From the NCBI RefSeq assembly GCF_000009705.1, contig NC_003272.1, positions 4,710,001 to 4,742,000 of the forward strand: a stretch of DNA of 32,000 nucleotides, in the 5' to 3' direction. Under the pieces are notes generated by a model. The model worked only from the letters and a program-made list of their open reading frames with translations, was not told the origin of the DNA and ran no database searches. A program made the translations under genes and the position numbers. Of this stretch, positions 1-10,024 are shown piece after piece. The DNA comes from Nostoc sp. PCC 7120 = FACHB-418 (GTDB lineage: Bacteria; Cyanobacteriota; Cyanobacteriia; Cyanobacteriales; Nostocaceae). Position 1 is the first letter of the stretch; the number at the start of each line of letters is the position of its first letter.

Positions 1-71
1 AGCCTAAATCTTCCTCGTTGACTGCATCTGGGTTTGCCGCAACGCCGAATTTTAGTAGAGTGGAATGAATT

Positions 72-650
72 ATGACTGCTTTAACATTACAGTTACCGCC
101 TCATCTCAAATTTACGGATGAGGAATTTGAACAGATTGTGGCTGTAAATCAAGAGTTGCGTTTGGAATTAACTGCGGAAGGGGAATTGGTCATCATGTCA
201 CCCACTGGGGGGGAAACAGGAAACCGCAATTTTGATTTATTGGGTCAACTATGGTGGTGGAACAGTCAGAATAATTTAGGTAAAGCTTTTGATTCTTCCA
301 CTGGTTTTAAACTTCCCAATGGTGCAACCCGTTCTCCTGATGCTTCTTGGGTCAAGATGGAAAGATGGGAGATTCTCACACCACAACAAAGAAAAAAATA
401 TCTTCCTTTGTGTCCAGATTTTGCCGTGGAGTTGGTTTCAGAAACTGATGATGTAGAAGATACTCAAGCCAAAATGCTGGAATATTTAGCAAATGGTTTA
501 CAACTTGGTTGGTTAATTAACCCCAAAGATAAGCTAGTGATAATTTATCGTCCTCATCAAGCACCAGAAGTATTACAATCTCCTATAAGTTTATCTGGGG
601 AAAATGTTCTTCCTGGTTTTATTTTAAATTTACAGCCAATTTTTGCATAG
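72..650 (+). CDS. Uma2-family (DUF820) PD-(D/E)xK endonuclease-like protein
   Basis: 192-aa ORF. The core motif CPDFAVELVSETD (PD...E.xS) is typical of Uma2/DUF820 proteins, which are greatly expanded in cyanobacteria. Confidence 0.8.
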   Translation: MTALTLQLPPHLKFTDEEFEQIVAVNQELRLELTAEGELVIMSPTGGETGNRNFDLLGQLWWWNSQNNLGKAFDSSTGFKLPNGATRSPDASWVKMERWEILTPQQRKKYLPLCPDFAVELVSETDDVEDTQAKMLEYLANGLQLGWLINPKDKLVIIYRPHQAPEVLQSPISLSGENVLPGFILNLQPIFA

Positions 651-658
651 ATTGAGAA

Positions 659-1618
659 TTACTGGTGAGAAGCATCAACACCGCTAATTTTTAGAACATC
701 AGTCATAGTTGCACAGTAATTTGGCAAGCCAAAACTATCGGGATTAATCACAGTGTTGTATGTGAAATGGCGATAGTTCATACAGAATCTATCCCAATCT
801 GCCATCTGAATGCGAAAGACGGCAATGATGAGATTTGCCAATGATAAAGATAGGGGGATACGGAAGGAAATCTTTTTGCCTAGATAGGAGCAAAGTTGTT
901 CTATTGCTTGGTTAGCAGTTAAACGCTTTTGACCTAATACTAATCTACGTGATGTATTTTCTTGAGGAGGATTGGCTATTAAATATTTAACTACGCTGGC
1001 AATATCTTTGCCGTGGATGAAGTGGAAACTACCATCAGCTTGTAAAAAGCGAATTAAATTAACATACTTGGTAACTTCGGGGATACCTGATGTGAGATGA
1101 GAATAAGGTTTTTTGCTATCACCACCTAACACTAATGTGGGAAAAACTGTGGTGATTTTAGAGGCAATACCTAATTCTGATATTTTATGTAAGCATTCAT
1201 ATTTAGAACGAATATAATCTGTGCCGATTTCCCCTGCTTCTTTAAGTGGCTGATTTTGACTATCTAAAACGCTGGCTGTAGAAAAATAAATAACTTGTTG
1301 ACAACGGTCAGGGTCTAATAGATTAAGTAACTCTATAGTTTTAGATACATTAATATCAAAGGTTTGCTCACCACCCCAAGCGGTTGCGGTGAGGATGGCT
1401 ATATCAATTGTGGATAATAAATCAGCAAATTGACTAATATTTTGCATATCACCCTGTAAGACGGTGACACCCGGACGAACCTGAGTATCAACTTGTAATT
1501 TACTGGGGTTTCTAACTAGTAAATATAGTTCGTAATCGGTTTCTTGAATTAAGGTTTCGCTAATATAATGACCTATGCAGCCACTAGCACCGGTCACAAA
1601 AATTCTTTTTTTGGTCAT
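659..1618 (-). CDS. NAD(P)-dependent epimerase/dehydratase-family (extended SDR) oxidoreductase
   Basis: N-terminal Rossmann motif FVTGASGCIGHY and a YxxxK catalytic motif (YIRSK). The 319-aa length fits an extended SDR. Confidence 0.75.
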   Translation of the reverse strand: MTKKRIFVTGASGCIGHYISETLIQETDYELYLLVRNPSKLQVDTQVRPGVTVLQGDMQNISQFADLLSTIDIAILTATAWGGEQTFDINVSKTIELLNLLDPDRCQQVIYFSTASVLDSQNQPLKEAGEIGTDYIRSKYECLHKISELGIASKITTVFPTLVLGGDSKKPYSHLTSGIPEVTKYVNLIRFLQADGSFHFIHGKDIASVVKYLIANPPQENTSRRLVLGQKRLTANQAIEQLCSYLGKKISFRIPLSLSLANLIIAVFRIQMADWDRFCMNYRHFTYNTVINPDSFGLPNYCATMTDVLKISGVDASHQ

Positions 1619-1760
1619 GTGTTTGCAGTTTGGTTATTAGTTGTAGTGATAAATTGACAACTAATAAATACGCTAAGTTCCTAAGTATGATTTATTCACG
1701 CAGAGACGCATACCGCAAGCGGAACCCGTAGGGTAGGCGCAGAGAGAAAATAAGAGAGTT

Positions 1761-1861
1761 TGTCAACTGTCAACTGTTCCTTCGGGTTCGCCAGTTGCTT
1801 ATGGGGGAAACCCCCAAGACCGCACTGGCTCACAACCGACAACTGACAGCTGACAACTGAC
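1761..1861. repeat. STRR-like heptamer runs flanking an imperfect GC hairpin
   Basis: CAACTGT x2 at 1761-1777 and CAACTGA/CAGCTGA/CAACTGA at 1838-1861. Between them lies GCCAGT...GGGGGAAACCCCC...ACTGGC, which has nested inverted repeats. The element sits just 3' of hemE. Confidence 0.5.
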
Positions 1862-2913
1862 TACACCAAAACATTTAGTTGCTTGGCTGTTTCAAAGAAG
1901 AAGGCGACGTTTTCTTCTGGTGTGTCTGGTAGTACACCGTGTCCAAGGTTGAGAATATGACCCCAGTTACCAGCTTTGCGAACGGTATCGATGATGCGAT
2001 CGCGGATAAACTGTTTAGAGGCATAAAGTACACCAGGGTCAAGATTGCCCTGTACTTTCATCTGTTTGCCTAATCTGGCTCTAGCATCAGCCATGTCCAC
2101 TGTCCAGTCTACAGTGACAATATCAGCACCAGATTGTCCCATGCGTTCTAGTACGCCGGCGCTACCACTAACTAGCAAAATCAAGGGTGTATCAGGATGG
2201 GTTTGCTTGATTTGCTGGAATACTCGTTGCTGATAGGGTAAGGCAAAGGTGTCATAATCTTGGGGGCTGAGTTGCCCTGCCCAAGAATCGAACATCTGTA
2301 CTACTTGTGCGCCGGAGTCGATTTGGTAACGAGCATAAATGGCGATCGCATCTGCTAATTTACTTAACAGTTGATGCAGTATCGTAGGGTCTGAGAACGC
2401 CATGTTTTTGATGATGGAGTAGGTTTTGGAACCTTTACCCTCCACAGCATAGGCGGCTAGCGTCCAAGGCGCACCTACAAAGCCCAATACCGTTGATTGA
2501 TTACCTACTTCTTGGCGTAAAGCCTGCAATATGGTTTTAATGAACGGTAAAGCTGCTTCTGGTTCTAAGGGGCGCAGTTGTTCAATTTGTGCTTGAGTGC
2601 GAATGGGCGCATGAATGATGGGGCCTTTACCTTCCGCAATGTCCATTTCAATCCCTAAGCCGGGTAAGGGGGTGACAATATCGGAAAATAAAATTACTCC
2701 GTCTGGCTGAAAGGCTTTCCAAGGTTGCAGGGAAACTTCAATCGCTACCTCTGGAATTTCAGAGCGATCGCGAAATGAAGGATACTTTTCCCTTAAATCC
2801 CGATAAGCTTTCATGTATCGTCCTGCTTGGCGCATCATCCATACAGGGGGACGATCTACAATTTCACCACGAGCAGCCCGCAAAAGGTGAGGAGCCGTTG
2901 AAGTAACACCCAT
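1861..2913 (-). CDS. hemE: uroporphyrinogen decarboxylase
   Basis: Full-length 350-aa ORF with the URO-D N-terminal signature [14 protein letters not shown] and conserved family blocks throughout. Confidence 0.95.
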   Translation of the reverse strand: MGVTSTAPHLLRAARGEIVDRPPVWMMRQAGRYMKAYRDLREKYPSFRDRSEIPEVAIEVSLQPWKAFQPDGVILFSDIVTPLPGLGIEMDIAEGKGPIIHAPIRTQAQIEQLRPLEPEAALPFIKTILQALRQEVGNQSTVLGFVGAPWTLAAYAVEGKGSKTYSIIKNMAFSDPTILHQLLSKLADAIAIYARYQIDSGAQVVQMFDSWAGQLSPQDYDTFALPYQQRVFQQIKQTHPDTPLILLVSGSAGVLERMGQSGADIVTVDWTVDMADARARLGKQMKVQGNLDPGVLYASKQFIRDRIIDTVRKAGNWGHILNLGHGVLPDTPEENVAFFFETAKQLNVLV

Positions 2914-3184
2914 TTAACACTTCATCCTAAGTCACTTTTTTATGTCACTGTTTAGCTTATCATTCTGGGATTACGCTTTATCGAAGGGAGTTAGGGCGCA
3001 GGTGGCAGGAGGCAGGAGATGGGAAATAAATTTGTGGTTTAGTATTGCTTTTTTGCTTAAGTCAAAATAACTTGAAAACGCTGATAAAAGGGAAATTCAG
3101 TAGTTGAGTTATAAATCTCTTTAGTCAAATTCTGTCCTCTGTCTTCTAGCTTCTGCCTTTTTTAATAGCTTTACTAAACTTAAT

Positions 3185-3943
3185 ATGCCAGCCAATTTTC
3201 ATAGCTCACCTCGTGTTGCATCAGCTAACACTAATTCCTACGTAAGTAAGTTATTGATACCACGTTCCCAACGTCGGATATTCTTTCTGCAATTTACCTT
3301 GATGACTCTTATGGGCTGGGTTGTAGGTGGTATTGCTAGTATCGCTTTAGAAAAAGTTCTCTGGGAAAGCCTACCGAATGCTTTTGCTTCTGCACCGGAA
3401 ACTTGGAGTTTTTGGGTAAAATTACTAAGTAATGTTGTTTTTGCTGTAGTTTTTGCTGCCGATCAAGCTTTAGTTATCCGCCGTTATATTTCTGGACGCT
3501 TGTGGCTGCTGGCTACCAGCATAGGTTGGTTGATTGCCCATAGTGTGGCGACTGGTTGGAATAATTATATTTCATCTATTGCAACTTCCCTCAAGGAAAG
3601 TTTAACCTTAGAAATAACCTTTATCTTGGCTTTTTTGTCAACATTTTTATACATTTTTTCCGGAATTTGGCTGGGATTGTTTCAATGGTTAGTTCTTCGA
3701 CGCTATACGGCTAAATCTTGGTGGTGGTCTTTTTTCCCTTCCATTTCTTTCTTGTGTATCAGTGTGTTAGTTTGGTTGCTTTCTTTGGGGCAAAATTTAT
3801 TTCCCGAAAATTACCGAACTCCTATATTGTATTGGAGTCAACAAGGATTTACCGCTATTATTCTAGGAATTATCCCGGCAATTGGCTTATGTAGTTTAAG
3901 AAGAAAATCTCATCGGAAAATCGGAATTACTAGCTCATCTTAA
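3185..3943 (+). CDS. multi-pass membrane protein of unknown function
   Basis: Several hydrophobic, Trp-rich helices and an internal duplication (QALVIRRY / QWLVLRRY). No family recognised. The start is uncertain; an alternative in-frame ATG is at 3302. Confidence 0.55.
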   Translation: MPANFHSSPRVASANTNSYVSKLLIPRSQRRIFFLQFTLMTLMGWVVGGIASIALEKVLWESLPNAFASAPETWSFWVKLLSNVVFAVVFAADQALVIRRYISGRLWLLATSIGWLIAHSVATGWNNYISSIATSLKESLTLEITFILAFLSTFLYIFSGIWLGLFQWLVLRRYTAKSWWWSFFPSISFLCISVLVWLLSLGQNLFPENYRTPILYWSQQGFTAIILGIIPAIGLCSLRRKSHRKIGITSSS

Positions 3944-3980
3944 GTGGCTATTTGCTGGATCTAGAGTACAGGTTGCATAT

Positions 3981-6047
3981 ATGATGAATAAGGACAAGAT
4001 TTCGCAAAATCAAATCACGCCACCCATTGCCGATAAACAGCCCCAAGTTTTAGAATTGCATGGCGATCGCCGAGTAGATAATTACTTTTGGATGCGCGAT
4101 ATAGATAACCCAAAAGTAGTTGCATATCTAGAAGCAGAAAATTCATATACAAAAGTCATGATGCAGCACACAGAAACGCTGCAAAAAACTCTTTATAATG
4201 AAATGCTCTCACGAATCAAAGAAACTGATTTATCCGTACCTTACCGCAAGGATAATTATTATTATTACTCTCGAACAGAAGCAGGCAAAGACTATAGAAT
4301 TCATTGCCGAAAAGAAGGCGATTTAGATGCTCCAGAAGAAGTCATTTTAGACGAAAATGAATTAGCCGCCGGACATGATTTTTTTGAATTAGGAATATTT
4401 GCTATTAGCCCCAATCATCAGATACTAGCTTATTCCTATGACACCAGTGGTTCGGAGCAATATACGCTTTTATTTCTTGACTTAACGACCCGTGAGTTAT
4501 ATCCAGAAACTATTGCTGATACTTATTTTTCTTTTTGTTGGTGTAACGATAATCAAACATCATTTTATACAAAAATTGATGCAGCAAATCGCCCTTACCA
4601 GCTTTTTAAGCACACTTTAGGAACGCCACCTACAAAAGATGAATTAATCTACCACGAGCCAGATCATGCTTATGCTTTATATGTAGGGAAAACCCGCAGT
4701 CAAGCATATATATTGATGACTTTGCAAAGCAGCATCACTACAGAAGTTCACTATTTAGATGCCAACAATCCTGAGAGTAATTTTCAGATAATTTATCCAC
4801 GAGAACCTGGAGTAGAATATGACGTTGAGCATCATAGTGATTACTTTTATATAGTCACAAATGAAGCTGCTACAAACTTTAAATTAGTAAAAACTCCATT
4901 AACTATGCCATCCAAGGAGAATTGGCAAACTGTTATTCCCCACCGTGAAGATGTGCTGTTATCTGGAGTGAGCCTGTTTATTAATCACTTAGTCATCTAT
5001 GAAAGAAAAGATGGACTACAAACTGCTAGAGTGCAAAATATATCTACAGGTAGTGAAAGTAATATTATTTTCCCAGAACCAACTTATCAATTTTATGAAG
5101 GGAATAACCCCGAATTTAATACTAATATTTTGCGGTTTAATTACACTTCTTTAATTACACCGCCATCTGTATTTGATTATGATATGGAAACCCACGAACA
5201 GGAGTTAAAAAAACAGACAGAAGTTCTGGGGGACTATGACAAAAATCAATATCAGAGTGAGTGGTTACTTGCTACTGCTGAAGATGGTACGCAAATTCCC
5301 ATATCAATTATTTACAAAAAAGTTACTAAAAAAGATGGGAAAAATCCTTTACTAATGACAGGTTATGGAGCCTATGGTGCATCTTACCCGGCATCTTTCT
5401 CATCAGCTAGACTAGCATTGCTAGACCGAGGAGTAGTGTTTGCTATTGCCCACATTCGTGGTGGTGAAGAAATGGGGCGTAAATGGTATGAAGATGGCAA
5501 ATTTTTGCAGAAAAAGAACACCTTTACAGATTTTATCGCCTGTGCTGAGTATTTAATCAAAGAAGGTTGGACAACAAGCGATCGCCTAGCTATTACAGGC
5601 GGTAGCGCAGGTGGTTTATTGATGGGAGCGGTGATTAATTTGCGTCCCAAATTGTTTAAAGTTGTAGTTGCCGATGTACCTTTCGTAGATGTAGTGACAA
5701 CAATTTTAGATACATCTTTGCCCTTATCAGCAATGGAGTGGGAAGAATGGGGTAATCCTAATGATCAAATCTACTATGAGTATATGAAATCTTACTCACC
5801 CTATGATAATGTCGAAGCCAAAGATTATCCCCATTTGTTAATTACTGCTGGCTTAAATGATTCTCGCGTTAAATATTGGGAACCAGCCAAATGGACAGCT
5901 AAATTGCGAGAACTTAAAACAGATCATCATGTTCTGTTGTTAAAAACTAATATGGATGCTGGTCATAGTGGCGCATCTGGACGTTATGAAAGCCTACGGG
6001 AACTTGCTTTTGAGTATGCTTTTATTTTGGATCGTTTAGGGTTGTAG
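3981..6047 (+). CDS. ptrB: S9A prolyl-oligopeptidase-family serine peptidase (oligopeptidase B-like)
   Basis: 688 aa. N-terminal propeller region with DNYFWMRD, catalytic Ser motif GGSAGGLLMG, and a C-terminal Asp/His region (NDSRV...DAGHSG). Confidence 0.85.
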   Translation: MMNKDKISQNQITPPIADKQPQVLELHGDRRVDNYFWMRDIDNPKVVAYLEAENSYTKVMMQHTETLQKTLYNEMLSRIKETDLSVPYRKDNYYYYSRTEAGKDYRIHCRKEGDLDAPEEVILDENELAAGHDFFELGIFAISPNHQILAYSYDTSGSEQYTLLFLDLTTRELYPETIADTYFSFCWCNDNQTSFYTKIDAANRPYQLFKHTLGTPPTKDELIYHEPDHAYALYVGKTRSQAYILMTLQSSITTEVHYLDANNPESNFQIIYPREPGVEYDVEHHSDYFYIVTNEAATNFKLVKTPLTMPSKENWQTVIPHREDVLLSGVSLFINHLVIYERKDGLQTARVQNISTGSESNIIFPEPTYQFYEGNNPEFNTNILRFNYTSLITPPSVFDYDMETHEQELKKQTEVLGDYDKNQYQSEWLLATAEDGTQIPISIIYKKVTKKDGKNPLLMTGYGAYGASYPASFSSARLALLDRGVVFAIAHIRGGEEMGRKWYEDGKFLQKKNTFTDFIACAEYLIKEGWTTSDRLAITGGSAGGLLMGAVINLRPKLFKVVVADVPFVDVVTTILDTSLPLSAMEWEEWGNPNDQIYYEYMKSYSPYDNVEAKDYPHLLITAGLNDSRVKYWEPAKWTAKLRELKTDHHVLLLKTNMDAGHSGASGRYESLRELAFEYAFILDRLGL

Positions 6048-6094
6048 ATAAGAAGTTTACGCAGGTGGACTAACAAAAAAATCAAGCTTTGTTC

Positions 6095-6116
6095 AACCCG
6101 CCTGCGCGGGTTTTGT
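6095..6116 (+). terminator. candidate intrinsic terminator downstream of ptrB
   Basis: 7-bp GC-rich stem AACCCGC / GCGGGTT with a 4-nt loop, followed by TTTT. It lies 48 nt after the ptrB stop. A wider imperfect inverted repeat CGCAGGTGG...CCGCCTGCG suggests a repeated intergenic element. Confidence 0.5.
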
Positions 6117-6185
6117 CCGGATGGCTGGGATCTCTATCTACAGATGGACTTCTAAGTCTAAAATCCAAAATGATATAACCTGTCT

Positions 6186-7070
6186 ATGAACAAAATCAAT
6201 CGTGTTGCTATTGTTGGTGGTACTCATGGGAATGAATTTACAGGCGCATTCCTGGTTAAAAAATTTCAGCAGTTTCCAGAGGTAATCCAAAAACCTAGCT
6301 TTGAAACGTTAACAATACTGGGTAATCCCAAAGCTTTCGAGGCTGGTAAGCGCTATATAGAAAAAGATTTAAACCGTTGCTTTTTAACCGAAAGTTTGCA
6401 AAATACAAATCTTTCTAGTTATGAAGACATCAGGGCAAAACAAATAGCCGGAGTTTTAGGAGCAGAGAATAAACCCAACGTAGATGTAGTTATTGATTTA
6501 CACAGTACAACTGCAAATATGGGATTGAGTATTATTTTAGGTAACCAAGATCCATTTTTATTAAAGCTATGTGCTTATTTAAGTGACATCAACCCTTTAG
6601 TAAAGGTTTGCTATACTATCCCCGAAAAGGGTAGTAATTTTCTGCGCTCTCTTAATAAACTGGGTTTTGTGATTGAGGTAGGGGCTGTAGCTCAAGGTGT
6701 ATTAAATGCTGAATTATTCCAAAAAACTGAACAATTAATATATACGATTTTGGATTATTTAGAACAATATAATCGAGGCAATATTCCAAAAATAAATAAT
6801 CTACTAGCTCTGTATAAATTTACGGGTACTGTTGATTACCCCAGAAATGAAAATGGTGACATTCAAGGGATGATTCATCCAGACATTCAATTTCGAGATT
6901 ATGAACCTCTAAATCCTGGCGACCCTTTATTCTTAACCTTAGATGGTAAGGCGATCGCCTACGAAGGTACATCAACAGTTTACCCCATATTTATCAACGA
7001 AGCCGCTTATTACGAGAAAGGAATTGCTATGCTGTTCACTGAAAAGCAACTCATAAATCCGTCATCTTGA
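6186..7070 (+). CDS. aspartoacylase / succinylglutamate-desuccinylase-family zinc hydrolase
   Basis: N-terminal Zn-ligand motif [11 protein letters not shown] and a second His motif [10 protein letters not shown], as in the AstE/AspA family. 294 aa. Confidence 0.75.
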   Translation: MNKINRVAIVGGTHGNEFTGAFLVKKFQQFPEVIQKPSFETLTILGNPKAFEAGKRYIEKDLNRCFLTESLQNTNLSSYEDIRAKQIAGVLGAENKPNVDVVIDLHSTTANMGLSIILGNQDPFLLKLCAYLSDINPLVKVCYTIPEKGSNFLRSLNKLGFVIEVGAVAQGVLNAELFQKTEQLIYTILDYLEQYNRGNIPKINNLLALYKFTGTVDYPRNENGDIQGMIHPDIQFRDYEPLNPGDPLFLTLDGKAIAYEGTSTVYPIFINEAAYYEKGIAMLFTEKQLINPSS

Positions 7071-7075
7071 ATTAC

Positions 7076-7957
7076 TTAATGAATTGCTTTTTTTAATAAT
7101 TGGGGAATCAAAGAAGGACGTTCTGCAACAGGAACTTCGGCGGCTTCAAAAGCTGTAATTTTACTTTGAGCAGTGCCAAAATTAGGTGGACGACCGACAA
7201 CAGTAGCTAAAGTCCCCGTTTGTCGCCAAGTTTTTCCCGGTGGTGCTTGTCTGCCGGCGATATAAGCAATTACTGGTTTATCGATTGCTTCGGCAATGTA
7301 TCGCGCGGCTGCTTCTTCACTACCCCCGCCTGGTTGTCCTACTAAAACGATCGCCTCAGTTGTTTCATCCTCATCGAGAATTTGTAACCATTGCAGAAAC
7401 GATGAACCCACAATTGCATCACTACCAATGCTCACACTAATTGATTGTCCCCAGCCAGCTTGAGTTAATTCTCGCGCCACTTCATAAGTCAAAGTACTAC
7501 TACGGCTAACAATACCCACTACTCCAGGTGTGTAAAATTCACTTGGTTGAGTACCCAAGAGGATTTTGCCTGGGACGATAATTCCGGGACTGTTGGGCCC
7601 GACTACCAGCGTTTCACCCGCTTCAGCTTTGCGGAGTAATTCCACCATATCCAAGGGTGGCACACCAGCAGAAATAATAATAATTTGTCGGATATGAGAG
7701 GCGATCGCTTCTAAGGCCGCATCTAGTACTTGATAAGGGTGGACACAGATAATTGTGGTGTCAATACTGCCAAATTGCCCTACTACTTCCTCAACCAAAT
7801 CAAAAACTGGCAGATGATAAAGTTCCTGTCCACCGTATCCAGGCTGAACACCAGCTACCAAATTTGTACCATAGGCTTTCATCTGGGCGATATGATTTTC
7901 AGAAATGAATTCATGGAAGCCTTGAATAATAACTTTACTATCTGGCGTTAAGTTCAT
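7076..7957 (-). CDS. sucD: succinate-CoA ligase alpha-subunit-like protein (divergent; phosphohistidine position is Gln)
   Basis: Collinear by eye with E. coli SucD along its whole length (VGIVSRSSTLTYE, TEAIVLVG..GGSEEAAA, KPVIAYIAG). Several catalytic or cofactor motifs are altered; see findings. Confidence 0.8.
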   Translation of the reverse strand: MNLTPDSKVIIQGFHEFISENHIAQMKAYGTNLVAGVQPGYGGQELYHLPVFDLVEEVVGQFGSIDTTIICVHPYQVLDAALEAIASHIRQIIIISAGVPPLDMVELLRKAEAGETLVVGPNSPGIIVPGKILLGTQPSEFYTPGVVGIVSRSSTLTYEVARELTQAGWGQSISVSIGSDAIVGSSFLQWLQILDEDETTEAIVLVGQPGGGSEEAAARYIAEAIDKPVIAYIAGRQAPPGKTWRQTGTLATVVGRPPNFGTAQSKITAFEAAEVPVAERPSLIPQLLKKAIH

Positions 7958-7964
7958 AAGGTCA

Positions 7965-8005
7965 GGGATGGGGGATTGGGGAAGGATAGCAGGGAGCAGA
8001 GGGGA
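7965..8005. repeat. STRR1-like heptamers (reverse orientation) plus AGCAGGG-type units
   Basis: GGGATGGGGGATTGGGGAAGG is the complement of CCCCAAT/CCCCATC units, followed by AGCAGGGAGCAGAGGGG. It lies in the sucD-sucC spacer. Confidence 0.4.
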
Positions 8006-8087
8006 ACATACGAATTAATGATATCTTCTTAACTCAGCATTCAGGAAGCTGCTCAACGCCATGTTATAGCACTTATAATTCATCCAC

Positions 8088-9314
8088 TCAGGAAACTTTT
8101 TTATACGCGTGTGATTTAGTCAAACGAACTGCGGTGGCGACTGCTTCGTCTAAATCTTCTACTAATATCAGTCCCTCTTCACGGGTTTGTAGAGCCGCTA
8201 AAACCTCCTTAGCTACATTCAACTCTGAACCGGCTAGACGAATGACTAATTGTGGTGACTGATGTTGACTAAGGTTTTTACCATTAGACTTGGCAATTGA
8301 TGGCGGATATTCACCTTTGTTCTGTTGTATAAATTGAGCGATCGCTTGTGCTGCTTCTTCTGGTTGAGGAATACTTCCTAGTAGGTTAATCAAGATCACC
8401 TGAGTGTTTTTGTCAGCAGACAAGGTATTTAGACCTTTAGTGAGGCGATCGCCAAATTTAGTTGGTGACAGATCAGTAATTGCCGCATGGCGGAGATTTA
8501 GGCAAATTCCTGGTTTACCGCCGCCACTAGCAACTAAATCATAGGTCGCCAAAATAGAACCAGTACCATTACCTAAAATACTAATTCTGCGTTGTTTTTC
8601 TAAATTATTCCAGTCACGCCCATTACTAAAACTTTTATCATAATGGCGAGGGACTATTTTGGCTGCCATTGCGGCAATTTCTGGATGTCGCCCGATAGCC
8701 CTTTCGTTGACTCCAACTTTACCATTGAGAGCCATCACCTCACCAGCAAGGTTGACACCCAGAGGATTTATTTCTACTAAATCCAGGTCTTTCTGCACGA
8801 ATAGCTGGTACATTTTTTCTAATACTGTGCTGACCGACTGCATCAGTGTACCTTGCAGACCCATTTTTAAAGCCAACCTACGAGCATAAAAAGGTGAAAA
8901 CTCTTGCTCAACAACCACATACTGCATTTTTTGATCAGCTAATTCTAAATCAATATCCGCTTCTGTGGAACCTAAAAGTACCGGACGACAAACAGCCGTA
9001 TCTAAAACGACAGCTAAATAAAATTCCTGGTGGGAATTATACTTAGATTCTGCTAATAAAACTTCTGGTAATTCGCCCCATATTGATAGATTAAAGATAG
9101 TTTGAGCTGCGGCGATCGCGTCGATTGTGGTTTCTACCATTCTCACACCACCGACTTTTTCCCTCTCCCCCGCATGAACCTGTGATTTCAGCACAATTGG
9201 GTAGCGAATTTTTAAGCGTTTTAAATCTGTAGGATGGTCAATTCTTTGGGATGGCAATACAGGAATGCCTATTTCCCCAAACCATTCTTTAACTTGGTAC
9301 TCCAATAAATCCAT
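8088..9314 (-). CDS. sucC: succinate-CoA ligase beta-subunit-like ATP-grasp protein (divergent)
   Basis: MDLLEYQVKEWF...VLKSQVHAGEREKVGGV aligns with the SucC N-terminus (MNLHEYQAK...VKCQVHAGGRGKAGGV). The ATP-grasp and ligase-CoA regions are collinear. It lies immediately upstream of the sucD-like gene on the same strand. Confidence 0.8.
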   Translation of the reverse strand: MDLLEYQVKEWFGEIGIPVLPSQRIDHPTDLKRLKIRYPIVLKSQVHAGEREKVGGVRMVETTIDAIAAAQTIFNLSIWGELPEVLLAESKYNSHQEFYLAVVLDTAVCRPVLLGSTEADIDLELADQKMQYVVVEQEFSPFYARRLALKMGLQGTLMQSVSTVLEKMYQLFVQKDLDLVEINPLGVNLAGEVMALNGKVGVNERAIGRHPEIAAMAAKIVPRHYDKSFSNGRDWNNLEKQRRISILGNGTGSILATYDLVASGGGKPGICLNLRHAAITDLSPTKFGDRLTKGLNTLSADKNTQVILINLLGSIPQPEEAAQAIAQFIQQNKGEYPPSIAKSNGKNLSQHQSPQLVIRLAGSELNVAKEVLAALQTREEGLILVEDLDEAVATAVRLTKSHAYKKVS

Positions 9315-10024
9315 TGCTATGCACCTTAATTTATACGTTTAGAAAATTTCTCTGGTGCTATTCTCCATTTTTTACCGCACCTTCATCACATAATCAAGTC
9401 TTGTCCTACTATTAAAACTTATTTTTTACGGATCAATTTTATCGAATTCCCTAAATAGGTCAAATTAATTTCTGGGATTAACTCCTAAAGCAATATTTTA
9501 AAATTATTGTTATTAACATCAAACGCTCAGAAGGCTCTAGACTTGTTTCCTGGAAGGTAAAAGACTTGAAAGTCGTGTATCCCCCTCCTTATTGCTTACT
9601 CACTACTTTCACATCAGAGGTACTCTACAAAAAGGCTTATGCCTCCATACTTCTACAGGCAAACAAGCTATGACTTGCTCCTACGGAGATGCTAACGCGG
9701 ACAAAACTTGCTCAACATACTATAAGCTTGTGTCTACCTGGAGTAATTAATCCTATCAGTAAATATACAGTTGCACAATCAAATCAGCTTAAAAATAGGG
9801 AGTAGAGAATGATCGATAATATTCCTCCTCCTGATACCCGGTTTTAATTCCCAGAAAATTTATTATTCCCATTTTTGAATTGTAATTTCTATTACAAGTC
9901 AGATTATAAAATTTAATAATCAACATTCTCAAACACTAATAGCACTAAGTCCTGGAGGATTATTTTTCTTTTGGTGAAAACTCAGAAATTGTGTTAAAAA
10001 GTTGGTCTATCAGATATTACGGTT

